DNA of 64,000 nucleotides from Candidatus Latescibacterota bacterium (GTDB taxonomy: Bacteria; Latescibacterota; UBA2968; UBA8231). The translations under genes and the position numbers were made by a program. Each line of letters starts with the position of its first letter. The stretch's first letter is position 1. Below are positions 1 to 9,835 of this stretch, piece by piece. Location of the stretch: positions 3,680,001 through 3,744,000 of the forward strand of contig OZ252098.1 of the NCBI GenBank assembly GCA_965248355.1. The letters are read 5' to 3'. The notes below the pieces were generated by a model. That model worked only from the letters and a program-made list of their open reading frames with translations. It had not been told where the DNA came from and ran no database searches.

Positions 1-2
1 AC

Positions 3-257
3 CTCAGGGGCCGCATCGACCTGGTGGGGCACGGAGAGGAGATCTTCGGGGCGGAAGAGGGCGAACGGGTGCTGGCCGGGCGCGATCTTCGTCCCGACCT
101 GGCGCCCGAGGAGGAGCTGCCCGACGACACGCGCCTGTGGGCGGCCCTGCAGCAGGCCGGCGGCGGCACCTGGGGCGGTTGCGTCTACGACGCCGACGAG
201 ATCGTGAAGCTTCTCGACGCGGGCCGGAAGGCGTTGAACGGCGGAGATTCTTCATGA
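3..257 (+). CDS. YjhG/YagF-family D-xylonate dehydratase (IlvD-like), C-terminal part, truncated by window edge
   Basis: Frame is open from base 3. The C-terminus [25 protein letters not shown] matches the YagF/YjhG C-terminal motif. Confidence 0.8.
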   Translation, partial: LRGRIDLVGHGEEIFGAEEGERVLAGRDLRPDLAPEEELPDDTRLWAALQQAGGGTWGGCVYDADEIVKLLDAGRKALNGGDSS

Positions 258-865
258 AGGAGTCCAGGTCCTTCGTCGTCGGGGTGACGGGGGCCAGCGG
301 CGCCCTGTACGGTCTGCGCACCCTGCGCGCCCTGCTGGCCTCCGGGCACCACGTGCATCTGGTGATCTCCCGGTACGGCCGCTACGTGATGCACGAGGAG
401 CTCGGCTGGGAGCCCGACCGCGAGTCCTTCTTCGACTTCCTGGCTCGCGCGGCGGGGGAGGAGGTCCGGGCCGGGACCCTGGAGGAGCACGGCGTCAACG
501 ACCTGACGCGGACCATCTCCTCCGGCTCGGCGCGCATGGACGGCATGGTGGTCGTGCCGTGCTCGGTCAAGACCCTGTCCGGCATCGCCCGCGGCGCCTC
601 GTCCAACCTCATCGAGCGCTCCGCCGACGTGACCCTCAAGGAGCGGCGGCCCCTGGTGCTGGTGGTGCGGGAGACCCCGCTCAACCTGATCCAGTTGCGC
701 AACCTCGTGGCCGTGGCCGAGGCCGGGGCGGCGGTGGTGCCGGCCATGCCGGCCTTCTATCAGAAGCCGGAGACCTTCGACGACCTCGGGGACTTCATCG
801 CCGGCCGGGTCCTCGGCCTTCTGGGGCTGGACCACGACCTGTTCGCGCGCTGGGAGGGCGGATAG
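254..865 (+). CDS. ubiX: Flavin prenyltransferase UbiX
   Basis: Motifs [42 protein letters not shown] and PAFY. The ATG at 254 overlaps the upstream TGA (ATGA). Confidence 0.93.
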   Translation: MKESRSFVVGVTGASGALYGLRTLRALLASGHHVHLVISRYGRYVMHEELGWEPDRESFFDFLARAAGEEVRAGTLEEHGVNDLTRTISSGSARMDGMVVVPCSVKTLSGIARGASSNLIERSADVTLKERRPLVLVVRETPLNLIQLRNLVAVAEAGAAVVPAMPAFYQKPETFDDLGDFIAGRVLGLLGLDHDLFARWEGG

Positions 866-998
866 AAATAGGTGCGCCGGACGGTCTCGGGGAGCGGACC
901 GCCCGGCGCGGCCCGGGGCCGGGGGACGGCCGCCGGGATCGTTCCCGGGCGGGCGGGGAGGTCGCACGGCCCGGGTACGAGTGTCGGCTATCCCTATG

Positions 999-1014
999 GC
1001 AACGGCTGTGCCAA
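999..1014 (-). promoter_or_regulatory. Sigma-54 (-24/-12) promoter-like site
   Basis: The minus strand reads TTGGCAC-AGCCG-TTGC, matching the TGGCAC-N5-TTGC consensus. It lies in the gap between convergent genes. Confidence 0.5.
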
Positions 1015-1128
1015 AGCATCATGTGGTATCAGCGATCGGGACGGACCACCATATGCCGGGTCCCGAACCCCTGTCCGGTGCCACGCCCGGAGGAAAAGGC
1101 TGCCGCCAGCGGGAAGGGGTTTCCGGTG

Positions 1129-2220
1129 CTACCGGGAGGGCTTCACCGTGGAGGCCGGCACCGGCCGGGACCGCTGGTACCACTGGAGCAGCACCTTCTC
1201 GGCGGGCTTGCCCACAGGGGTGAATCCTCCATTGGCCTCACCGCCCCGCCGCGGGTCGGAGTGCCATTTCCACCAGTACATGCCGTGGAACCAGGGGCGC
1301 TCCCAGAACGCCTCAAGCACGGCCTGGTAGCAGCGGGCCTGCTCCTCCATGGACACGGTCGCCTCCTGGCCGCGCGTCCACTCCCACGGCCTCAGGCTGG
1401 CGCCGCTCACCGACTTGAACCCGATCTCCGTGAGCAGCACCGGGCGCCCGGTGAGCCGGTGGAATCGCTCGATCTCTCCCGCCACCCGGTCCGCGCCGGC
1501 GCGCAGCTGCTCGAGGGTGGGGTCCGGCGCCTCGGCGAGGGGGAAGAAGGCGTTGATGCCGATGTAGTCGAGGGCGCCCCAGAACTCGATCTGGTCGTAC
1601 TCCTCCCACCAGTTCGCCGCGTACGTCAGCGGCCCCGGGTACGCCTGACGCACGCGCGCGACCAGCCGGCGCCAGTCCGCCGGCCGCTCCCGGGCGGCGC
1701 GGGACAGCTCGACGCCGATGCAGAAGATCTCCGCGTTCTCCTGCGCCGCGATCCGGGCGTAGTGCAGGATGAAGCTCTCGTAGTGGCTCCACCACTGCTG
1801 CCAGCCCTCCTCCGAGTCCATGCCGATGGTCCCTCGCCAGTGCTGGCTGCTCTGCCGCCGCACCCAGACGTGGGGCTTGACCATGACCTTGAAGCCGAGC
1901 CGGTGGGCCTCGCGGATGCCGTGGCGCAGGTGGTCGTCGGGCGGATCCCTCCCGAAGAGCAGGAGCGGATCCTCGACCGTCTTCTGGTAGGCGAATGGAT
2001 TGAGGGCGATCCACTCGGCGTTGACCCGGCGGAGGGATTTCAGCGAGGCCGAGGAGGCCGGCGACATCAGGTCGTCGTCACGGCCGTAGCCATGGGTGAA
2101 GGTCATGCCCTTCTGAAAGACGGGCCGGTTCGCCGAAGGCTGGGCCTTCAGGGGCAGGGCGCCGGCGAGGCAGACCCAGGCCAGGAGCCGGACCACCGGG
2201 TGCCAGCCGGCGCCGCTCAC
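1129..2220 (-). CDS. Glycoside hydrolase family 113 (beta-mannanase-like), with signal peptide
   Basis: GH113-type motifs VMVKPH, FCIGVEL, LTYAANW, DYIGINAFFPL, VLLTEIG and GMYWW. Hydrophobic N-terminus. The GTG start overlaps the upstream stop. Confidence 0.8.
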   Translation of the reverse strand: MSGAGWHPVVRLLAWVCLAGALPLKAQPSANRPVFQKGMTFTHGYGRDDDLMSPASSASLKSLRRVNAEWIALNPFAYQKTVEDPLLLFGRDPPDDHLRHGIREAHRLGFKVMVKPHVWVRRQSSQHWRGTIGMDSEEGWQQWWSHYESFILHYARIAAQENAEIFCIGVELSRAARERPADWRRLVARVRQAYPGPLTYAANWWEEYDQIEFWGALDYIGINAFFPLAEAPDPTLEQLRAGADRVAGEIERFHRLTGRPVLLTEIGFKSVSGASLRPWEWTRGQEATVSMEEQARCYQAVLEAFWERPWFHGMYWWKWHSDPRRGGEANGGFTPVGKPAEKVLLQWYQRSRPVPASTVKPSR

Positions 2221-3662
2221 CGAAGCAGCCCCTTCAGCCGGTCGGTGCGCGAGACCTTGGGCAGGTACCCCTGCAGGCCGCCCTCGCGGCTCGGGACCGC
2301 CCGGCAGACCGGGTGGCCGTCGTAGAAGCAGATGACTTCGCCTGCCGGCGGCGACGCCAGCGCCACGTGGTCCCCGCGGAACAGACCGGCCACCTGGGGC
2401 CAGGAGAGATCCACTCGCCGCTCCCGGACCTGGTGCCCCCAGAGAGCCACGGCCTGCTGGGACAGGTAGACGGCCCCCTTGTGCAGGCCGGCCACGCGCA
2501 GGCCGGCGCGCACGAACCACGGAAGAACCCCCGCGAGCCGGGCCGCCCCCGCCGGCCTCAGGTGGAGGTGGCGCCGGCCGGCGACCAGCTCCTGGCCGGG
2601 CGGGATCCCGGGCGCAAAGCCCCACCGCTCGCGGATGGTCTCCGCCACGCCCCCGGGGTCCGGGTGCCGCGGGGGCTCCGCCAGCACGGTCCCCGCGTCG
2701 CCAGCCACCAGCTTCCAGTCGGTGCGTCCCCGCTTGCCAAGGGCTGCCACGAAGGCCCCCTCCGTCGCGTGCACATGGGGCCACACGCGGGCGCAGCGGC
2801 CGAAGCGGGCCGGATAGCGGGCGGCCGCCTCGGGCGCGAGACCGGAGGACTCCACCCCGTCTACCGGCTCGAGGTCGACGAGATCCCCGTACCTCTTCAC
2901 CAGGCCGAGCAGGACGTCCTCGTTCTCCTCCGTCGACAGCGAGCAGGTCGAGTACACCAGACGCCCCCCGGGCCGCAGCATGTGAAAGGCGGCCCTCAGG
3001 AGGCCGACCTGCTGCACGCTCTTGCGGCGGGCGTCCTCGGGCGACCAGTAGGCGAGCATGTGCCGGTCCTTGCACAGGATGCCGTCGCCGGAGCAGGGGG
3101 CGTCCAGCAGGACCCGGTCGAAGACGTTGTGGAACCAGCGCGCCATCATCGCTCCGGGGGCCGCGGTGACCAGGGTGTTGTGGGCACCGCAGCGCTCGAG
3201 GTGGCCCACGAGGGCCGGCAGGCGCCCGGGGTGGGGCTCGTTGGCGACCAGGAGCCCGGTGTTTCCGAGGGCGGCGGCGATCTGCGTCGCCTTGCCGCCG
3301 GGGGCGGCGGCCAGGTCGAGGACGAGCTGACCCGGGCGGGGATCGAGGACGGCGGCGGCGAGAGTGGTGGCCTTCGCCTGAACGTACAGCCCCCCGAGGC
3401 GGTATTCCAGGCTGTGGCCCACGGCGCCGGACAGGGCCGACGGGAGGGTGAAGGCATCGGAGAACCAGGGCACCGGCCGGGCCTTTTCCGCCAGGGGTCC
3501 GCGCAGGCGCTCCGCCGCCGGCAGCAGGGGATTGAGCCGTACGCAGGTGGAAGGCTCGGCGACCATGGCGGCGCGGAAGGCGCGGGACTCCCCCGGGTGG
3601 GGAAGCAGGCGCTCCAGGTGGGCCAGAAGCGCCTCCTGGCGCTCTCCCCAGTCACGCTCCAT
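2217..3662 (-). CDS. RsmB/NOP2 (RsmF-like) rRNA m5C methyltransferase
   Basis: Motifs VLDLAAAPGGKATQ, DRVLLDAPCSG and LVYSTCS, plus a C-terminal RsmF-type extension. Confidence 0.9.
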   Translation of the reverse strand: MERDWGERQEALLAHLERLLPHPGESRAFRAAMVAEPSTCVRLNPLLPAAERLRGPLAEKARPVPWFSDAFTLPSALSGAVGHSLEYRLGGLYVQAKATTLAAAVLDPRPGQLVLDLAAAPGGKATQIAAALGNTGLLVANEPHPGRLPALVGHLERCGAHNTLVTAAPGAMMARWFHNVFDRVLLDAPCSGDGILCKDRHMLAYWSPEDARRKSVQQVGLLRAAFHMLRPGGRLVYSTCSLSTEENEDVLLGLVKRYGDLVDLEPVDGVESSGLAPEAAARYPARFGRCARVWPHVHATEGAFVAALGKRGRTDWKLVAGDAGTVLAEPPRHPDPGGVAETIRERWGFAPGIPPGQELVAGRRHLHLRPAGAARLAGVLPWFVRAGLRVAGLHKGAVYLSQQAVALWGHQVRERRVDLSWPQVAGLFRGDHVALASPPAGEVICFYDGHPVCRAVPSREGGLQGYLPKVSRTDRLKGLLR

Positions 3663-3781
3663 GGACCTTCGGCCGGAACCTTCTTTGCACATCCCCCGAG
3701 TTGTCCCGTTATTCCTCCGTGACGCGCACCCCACGCGCGACGCTTAATAACCGCCCTCTCTCAGAATCAGCAAGGACCCCG

Positions 3782-4480
3782 TTGGCAGCCGGCGATACCT
3801 GGATCGTCAGCGACCTCCATCTGGGAAGCGTCTACTTCCGCCACGAGAACTTCCTTCGTTTTCTGCGCGAGATGCCGGACGGGGTGCGCCTGATCCTCAA
3901 CGGCGACACGATCGACGACCCGGCCGATCCACTGCCGGCCGAGCACAAGCAGGTGCTGCACCGGCTGGTGGAGGAGTCGGACAGGCGTTCCGTGGTCTTC
4001 GTCTACGGGAACCACGACCAGGGCTTCGGCCTCGACCAACCCGGCCGGATCGAGTTCGTGCAACAGCTGACCGTGGACGGACGACTCCTGGTCGTGCACG
4101 GCGACAAGCTCGACGGAGTGATGCCTCGCCATTCCTGGTTCGTGGCCGCCTTCAGGCGCTTCCACCGGTTGCTCGTCCGCCTCGGACTGAAAGACGTCCA
4201 CGTGGCCCAATACGCAAAGAACTGGGGTTTCCTGTACCGGGTGCTCAACCAGCACGTCGCCCACCGGGCCCTGGCCGCGGCCCGGGCCGAGGGCCTGGAG
4301 GCGGTCACCTGTGGTCACACCCATGCTCCCATGGAGCTGCAGCGCGAGGGGCGGCGCTACCTGAATACGGGGGCATGGACGGAAGAGCCCCACCATTACG
4401 TCGCGGTCTCGGGCGGGCAGATCGACCTCAGGGTGTATTCGAATGGGGTACCCCGGCCTGGTGACCGTTCTCCCGTCTGA
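3782..4480 (+). CDS. Metallophosphoesterase, UDP-2,3-diacylglucosamine diphosphatase (LpxH-like)
   Basis: Motifs SDLHLG, LNGD, GNHD, VHGD, CGHTH and YLNTGAW. Start is uncertain (TTG 3782; ORF open from 3701). Confidence 0.78.
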   Translation: MAAGDTWIVSDLHLGSVYFRHENFLRFLREMPDGVRLILNGDTIDDPADPLPAEHKQVLHRLVEESDRRSVVFVYGNHDQGFGLDQPGRIEFVQQLTVDGRLLVVHGDKLDGVMPRHSWFVAAFRRFHRLLVRLGLKDVHVAQYAKNWGFLYRVLNQHVAHRALAAARAEGLEAVTCGHTHAPMELQREGRRYLNTGAWTEEPHHYVAVSGGQIDLRVYSNGVPRPGDRSPV

Positions 4481-6746
4481 CCGGCGCGGCTCCGGCCCCC
4501 GGCTTCCCGAGGCATCGCGGGCGTTGTTGCTCGCCCTGCTTTCCACTTCGTCCGCGTTCGCCCAACCCGCGCCGCTCCGCTGGCCCCTCGACCTGAAGCC
4601 GGCGGCCCTCTCCTCCACCTTCGGCGAGACCCGGAGCGCCTCCTTCCACGCCGGAGTAGACCTGAAGACCTGGGGCAAGACCGGGTTCCGCGTGCACGCC
4701 GTGGCGGATGGATGGGTGGAGCGGTTGCGGGCCAGCCCCTGGGGATACGGGCGCGCCCTGTACCAGCGGCTCGACGACGGCCGGGTCGTCGTGTACGGGC
4801 ACCTGGAGAGGTTCTTCGAGCCCGCCGCCGAGCGGGTGCGCGCCGAGCAGCGGCGCACTCGCCAATACACCGTCGATCTCTGGCTGAAGAAGGGGGACAT
4901 CCGGGTCCGCCGGGGTCAGGCGATCGCCTGGTCCGGACAGAGCGGGGCCGGCCCGCCCCACCTGCACCTGGAGATCCGCGACTCCGGGAACGCGCCCGTG
5001 AACCCCCTTCTCCAGGGGATCGGCCCCGTGGCGGACACGACCCCACCGCTGCTGCGGGGGCTGGTGCTCATGCCGGTCGGCCCCGCCTCGACCGTGGACG
5101 GGGGCTACGTCCACAGGCTGGTGCCGCTGCGTGGAGGCTCCACTCCCGGCCGCTTCTCCGGGCGGGAGGTGTGGGCCTGGGGGCGGATCGGGGTCGGGGT
5201 GGATTCCCACGACCGGGCCGACGAGGCCCCGAACAAGCTCGCTCCCCTGGTGCACGAGTTGCACGTGGACGGCCAACGGATCCTGCGCGCCAGCTACCGC
5301 CGCTTCACCTACGCGGACCGGCACCAGGTGGCCCTCGACCGTCAGCGCTTCGAAGGCGGTGGGCCGGTCTACGCTCTGCTGTTCCGCCGGCCCGGCAACC
5401 GGCTGTCCTTCTACGAGACCGGCGGCGGCGACGGCACCGTGACCTGTGGTCCAGGAGGCCTGGAGGCGGGTGCGCACCGGCTCGAGGTGCGGGCGAGCGA
5501 CGCGGCGGGAAACGAGAGCCGGGCCATGCTGAGCCTGCATTGCGCGCCTCCGCCGCGGATCCGCTGGGCCCGGCTGACGGAATCGGCCGAGGGCCGCTTC
5601 CTGGACGCGGACATGACCCTGGACGGGAAGGGCCGGCTTGCCGTCAGGCTGTCGCGCTCGCCGGACGGTGCGAACTGGAAGGAGGTTCTGGACGGCCAGG
5701 TACCGGCCAGCGACGGCCCCTTCACCTGGGAGCTGCCGGACCGGTCTCCGTTCTGGCGGCTCTCGGTGCAGGCCGGTGATGGCGCGCCGGAAGTCCTGGT
5801 CCTGGCCGCGGCTGGTGCGGGCAACGTCCCCACACGTCCTCTGGCGCTGCAGGCCACGGCCGAGGCCCGGCCCCTGCACACCCTGATCGAGATCCAGTCC
5901 GGGGAACCGCTGTCCGGCCTTCCCGTCGTCGAGGTCCCAGGGTCGAAGGCGTGGGTCCCCGTCCGGCAGGTAGGCGACCGGAGCTATCGAGCGCTCATCC
6001 CCCTGCCGGGGCCGGAAGTGCACCCGGTCCCCGTCCGGGTCACCGCCCGCGACGCCCGAGGCCGCCTGTCTCAGCAGGATCTGGCCCTATCCGGCCAGCG
6101 GCTTCGGCCCGGGGCGGGAGGGACCCTGCGCTACTTGGAGGACCAGGTGCGGCTCCAGGCCTCGGCGGGCTCGGCCTATCGGACGCTGGCTCCCCAGGCC
6201 CGGCGGTTCACCCCGCAGGCGTCCAAGGGGCTGCGCGCGACCGATCTCGGCTGCCGGCTCGGTCCTGCCGACGCCGCCTTCGACGAGCCTGTCCGGTTGT
6301 GGCTGCAGGTCCCGGCCGGCGTGCCGGTCGAACGCGCCGCCGTCTACTCGGACAACGGCCGGGGGCGCTGGGTGTTCCGAGGCCGGGAGCAGGCGGCGGG
6401 GGGGCGCTACCTGACGGCGACCGTGCGCGCTCTCGGGAGATTCGCGCTCATGGTCGACGAAACGCCTCCGGAGGTGAGCGGTGTGCAGCCGGCACAGGGC
6501 TCGTCCGTTGCGGCGCCGCGCTTCTCGGCGCGGATCCTCGACGGGGGCTCCGGCATCGGGCGAGAGAGAGACGTGGTCCTCGAGCTCGACGGGGTCCGGC
6601 TCGTCTCGGAGTACGATCCGGAGGCGGCCCGCGTCATCGCGGAGCCCGACGGCCCCCTCGCAGCGGGGCCCCACAAACTCGTGATCACGGTGCGCGACCG
6701 GGCCGCCAACGAGACCCGGCGCGAGGTCACCTTCACCTCTCGGTAG
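4443..6746 (+). CDS. Large secreted M23-family metallopeptidase with C-terminal Ig-like domains
   Basis: Signal-like segment, then SSTFGETR, HAGVD (HxxxD) and PHLHLEIR (HxH). DxTPP repeats typical of Ig-like boundaries. Confidence 0.85.
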   Translation: MGYPGLVTVLPSDRRGSGPRLPEASRALLLALLSTSSAFAQPAPLRWPLDLKPAALSSTFGETRSASFHAGVDLKTWGKTGFRVHAVADGWVERLRASPWGYGRALYQRLDDGRVVVYGHLERFFEPAAERVRAEQRRTRQYTVDLWLKKGDIRVRRGQAIAWSGQSGAGPPHLHLEIRDSGNAPVNPLLQGIGPVADTTPPLLRGLVLMPVGPASTVDGGYVHRLVPLRGGSTPGRFSGREVWAWGRIGVGVDSHDRADEAPNKLAPLVHELHVDGQRILRASYRRFTYADRHQVALDRQRFEGGGPVYALLFRRPGNRLSFYETGGGDGTVTCGPGGLEAGAHRLEVRASDAAGNESRAMLSLHCAPPPRIRWARLTESAEGRFLDADMTLDGKGRLAVRLSRSPDGANWKEVLDGQVPASDGPFTWELPDRSPFWRLSVQAGDGAPEVLVLAAAGAGNVPTRPLALQATAEARPLHTLIEIQSGEPLSGLPVVEVPGSKAWVPVRQVGDRSYRALIPLPGPEVHPVPVRVTARDARGRLSQQDLALSGQRLRPGAGGTLRYLEDQVRLQASAGSAYRTLAPQARRFTPQASKGLRATDLGCRLGPADAAFDEPVRLWLQVPAGVPVERAAVYSDNGRGRWVFRGREQAAGGRYLTATVRALGRFALMVDETPPEVSGVQPAQGSSVAAPRFSARILDGGSGIGRERDVVLELDGVRLVSEYDPEAARVIAEPDGPLAAGPHKLVITVRDRAANETRREVTFTSR

Positions 6747-7557
6747 AGAGACCTTCCCGGGGCCGGTCTTCCACCCTTCGGATCAGATCGCGCGCGACTT
6801 CGCGCAAGGCCAGGGCGGCCGGGGAGTCGGGATGCGAGGCCACGGTGGGCGTGCCTTCGTCGGCATCGGTGCGCAGGTGTGGGTCGAGGGGGATCTCGCC
6901 GAGGAAGGGGATATCGCGTTGCGCAGCGGCGGCCGCCCCGCCGCCGTGCCCGTAGGGGTGGCTGGCGCGGCCGCAGGTCGAGCACTGGAAAGTGGACATG
7001 TTCTCGAGCAGGCCGAGAATCGGGACCTCGGTCTGGCGGAACATCTGGACGCCCCGGGCCACGTCCTCCAGGGCCAGGGTCGACGGCGTGGTGACGATGA
7101 CGGCCCCGGTGAGGGGCGCCGTCTGGGTCAGGGTGAGCTGCACGTCGCCGGTGCCGGGAGGCAGGTCGAGAAGGAGGATGTCGAGCTGCCCCCATTCGAC
7201 CCAGAACAGGAACTGGGTGACCATCTTGGCCAGCATGGGGCCCCGCCAGATGACCGGAACCCCGGCGTCGACGAGCAGTCCCATGGAGATGACTCGCACG
7301 CCGCCGGCCTCGGCCGGCTGGATGCGCTGGGTGCCCGGAACGACCCCGGCGCGGCCGGATACGCCGAGCATGCCGGGTATGTTCGGGCCGTAGATGTCGG
7401 TATCCATCAGACCCACGCGCCGGCCCTCGGCGGCCATGGCCACGGCCAGGTTGGCGCTCACCGTGGACTTGCCCACACCGCCCTTGCCGCTCGACACGGC
7501 GAGCATATCTTTCACGCCTTCAACGATTTGACGATTGTGGGTCTGGACTTGAGTCAT
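6733..7557 (-). CDS. mrp: Mrp/NBP35 (ApbC) Fe-S cluster carrier ATPase
   Basis: Motifs SGKGGVGKST, DTDIYGP, WRGPM, DLPPGTGD and ENMS..CxxC. Confidence 0.92.
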   Translation of the reverse strand: MTQVQTHNRQIVEGVKDMLAVSSGKGGVGKSTVSANLAVAMAAEGRRVGLMDTDIYGPNIPGMLGVSGRAGVVPGTQRIQPAEAGGVRVISMGLLVDAGVPVIWRGPMLAKMVTQFLFWVEWGQLDILLLDLPPGTGDVQLTLTQTAPLTGAVIVTTPSTLALEDVARGVQMFRQTEVPILGLLENMSTFQCSTCGRASHPYGHGGGAAAAAQRDIPFLGEIPLDPHLRTDADEGTPTVASHPDSPAALALREVARDLIRRVEDRPREGLSTER

Positions 7558-7583
7558 CCCTTCCACCGCCGGGGAATATCCCT

Positions 7584-8441
7584 TTGAGCCGGGGACGTGG
7601 CAAGACGTTCCGGCCGTTGGCCGTGATCCTGGGTCTGCTGACCCTGTGCGTCCTTTGGACGGCCTGCACCAGCGTCTCCCAGATGAAGAAGCGCTACGAT
7701 GCGGGAGACGAGGGCCAGTACGGCAGGATCCTGGAGGTGGCCGGCCGCCCCGACTATCCGTATGCCACCCGCAAGAACGCGGTCAAGGCCCTCGGGGAGA
7801 TCGGCGATCCCCGGGCCGTTCCCACCCTGATCAGCACACTGCGCGAGCTGACGCAGCGCACCACCCTGCAGCAGGAGGCCATGATCGCCCTCGGACGCAT
7901 CGGTGATCCCTCGGCCGTCACCGAGATCGGGCGCCTCCTCGACCGCAGCCTGACCAGTTCCGGCGACGAACTGCGGCTGGTGGCCATTCAGGTGCTCGGT
8001 CAGCTCGGCGGGACCGAGGCGGCCGAGATCCTGCTCAACGCCTTGTCCTACTATGATCGCGCCATGCTGATTGCCGAGAGCCGGAGCCTGAAAGGGGTGT
8101 TCACCGGCGACGAGCAGAGCCTCCGCGCCCTGCAGGACTCCCTGCGTCGGCCCCTCGGGCTTACCGGCCAGGGCCCGGGCCTGTTCCCTGGTCAGCAGGG
8201 CCCCGTGGGCGGCCTGTTCGGTCCCGGCACCGGCCTCCCGCAGCAGAGGATGGAGGACACGACTCCCAAGGAGCGGGACCTCGCCCACGAGTCGCTGGTG
8301 CGGGTCGGCGACCCGGCCCTGGCCGTGATCGAGCAGCACATGGCGCAGCGCGAGACCACGGTCACCCTGCGCAACGAGTTGGTCGAGATCCTCGAGCAGA
8401 TCCGCCTGGACACCGGCTCCGCCCCCGGTGAATCCGGTTGA
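7584..8441 (+). CDS. HEAT-repeat (PBS lyase-like) lipoprotein
   Basis: Lipobox-like WTAC. Repeats such as AVKALGEIGDPRAV, AMIALGRIGDPSAV and AIQVLGQLG. Confidence 0.75.
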   Translation: MSRGRGKTFRPLAVILGLLTLCVLWTACTSVSQMKKRYDAGDEGQYGRILEVAGRPDYPYATRKNAVKALGEIGDPRAVPTLISTLRELTQRTTLQQEAMIALGRIGDPSAVTEIGRLLDRSLTSSGDELRLVAIQVLGQLGGTEAAEILLNALSYYDRAMLIAESRSLKGVFTGDEQSLRALQDSLRRPLGLTGQGPGLFPGQQGPVGGLFGPGTGLPQQRMEDTTPKERDLAHESLVRVGDPALAVIEQHMAQRETTVTLRNELVEILEQIRLDTGSAPGESG

Positions 8442-8466
8442 CTTCTCCCGGGTCGCCGGATATTTT
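8438..8466 (+). promoter_or_regulatory. Sigma-70-type promoter for the UVR-motif gene and dksA
   Basis: TTGACT-17 bp-TATTTT in an otherwise very GC-rich context. Confidence 0.5.
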
Positions 8467-8539
8467 CTCGCGTCTTTTGTTCGCTGGCGGGGCACCCTCC
8501 TCTCGCCGTCCCGCTCGGTAGCCTTCTCTCCGACCTTCA

Positions 8540-9310
8540 ATGAGCGACGACATCAGCCGGATTCTCAAGGCCTGGAAGTACGAGCCCGGGGAGTTGCACG
8601 TCCGCAAGGTCGCCTCCGAGGACGGTCGCGACCTGATCCAGATTCGCATGGACCTGGGAATCATGCAGCTGGAGTGGTCCGGGCGCCCGGACGGGGCCAT
8701 CCTGCACGACCAGCCCTCCCTGCTCGACCACTATCGGGCCGAGCAGGAGCGCCACCGGGCTGCCGGGAGCTCCGAGCCCTTCGTCCTGGGCAGGGAGGAC
8801 TGCTGGTCCCTCGGGCAGGAGGCGATGCAGTACTACTGGCGCCGGATCAGCTTCTTCGAGCTCAAGCAGTACGAGCTGGCCGAGCAGGACGCGGAGCACA
8901 ACCTGGGCATCCTCGATCTGTGCGGGGAGTTCGGCGAGCACGAGGAAGACCGCCAGATCCGTGACCAGTACCGGGTCTTCGTCACGGCCCACCGGATTCA
9001 GGCGCGGGCCCTCAAACACTTGGATGAGGAGGACCACGCCGGGGCGCTGGCCGTGATCCGCGCCGGCGTCGCCGAGGTCGAAGGCATCCTGAGGGATCTC
9101 GCCGACCCGGAGGCCATGGAGACCTGCTCCGAGTTGTCCTTCCTGCGCGACTGGGAGCAGGAGGTCGAGGACAACCGGCCACGGTCGCGGAGCGAGCAGT
9201 TGCAGGTCGACCTGAAGGCGGCGGTTGAGGAGGAGAAGTTCGAGCTGGCCGCGTCGCTGCGGGACAGACTCCGGGAGATGGAGACCGGCCGAGCCCCCGG
9301 GGCACGGTAA
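8540..9310 (+). CDS. UvrB/UvrC-motif (UVR) containing protein
   Basis: C-terminal LKAAVEEEKFELAASLRDRL is a UVR motif. The N-terminal IQIRMDLGIMQLEWSGRPDG is typical of this conserved family. Confidence 0.75.
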   Translation: MSDDISRILKAWKYEPGELHVRKVASEDGRDLIQIRMDLGIMQLEWSGRPDGAILHDQPSLLDHYRAEQERHRAAGSSEPFVLGREDCWSLGQEAMQYYWRRISFFELKQYELAEQDAEHNLGILDLCGEFGEHEEDRQIRDQYRVFVTAHRIQARALKHLDEEDHAGALAVIRAGVAEVEGILRDLADPEAMETCSELSFLRDWEQEVEDNRPRSRSEQLQVDLKAAVEEEKFELAASLRDRLREMETGRAPGAR

Positions 9311-9325
9311 CCGGGAAACAACCCT

Positions 9326-9814
9326 ATGGGAAAACGCGTAGCACTGAACAAGCGGGACCGCGAGAAGATGAAGAAGTATCTCCTGGCGCGTCGGTTCGAC
9401 ATCCTCGAGGACCTCCACGGCACCGAGCAGGAAATCGACACCCTGCAGGACCCCAAGGCCGACGACCTCGATCGGGCCGTAGAGGCCGGCGCCATGGAGT
9501 TGCTCGTCGCCCTCGGCGATACCGAGCGCCGCGAGCTCGAGGAGATCACCCTGGCCTTGGAGAAGCTGGATACCGGCACCTACGGCAAGTGCGAAGCCTG
9601 CCTGGAGACGCCTCTGAACCTGTGCGAGGGGTGTCCCTTCATCCCCAAGATGCGGCTCGAAGCGCTGCCGACAGCCCGTCTCTGCGTCGCTTGCCAGGAG
9701 GCCCAGGAGCAGAACCGGATCCCCACCTACACGAAGCTGCGGCCGAGGCGCGCGATCTTCCAGGACGGCGAGGAGTTCTCGCATCCCCTGATGGACAACA
9801 ACGACAAGGACTGA
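9326..9814 (+). CDS. dksA: DksA/TraR-family C4 zinc-finger protein
   Basis: Coiled-coil tip DDLDRA (DxxDxA) and GTYGKCEAC...IPKMRLEALPTARLCVAC. Confidence 0.8.
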   Translation: MGKRVALNKRDREKMKKYLLARRFDILEDLHGTEQEIDTLQDPKADDLDRAVEAGAMELLVALGDTERRELEEITLALEKLDTGTYGKCEACLETPLNLCEGCPFIPKMRLEALPTARLCVACQEAQEQNRIPTYTKLRPRRAIFQDGEEFSHPLMDNNDKD

Positions 9815-9835
9815 CAGTCCGCCCCGGTCGGGCGC

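Noticed and set aside
3..865. UbiD/UbiX decarboxylase pair
   Set aside because: The upstream partial gene has the YagF/YjhG dehydratase C-terminus, not UbiD motifs.
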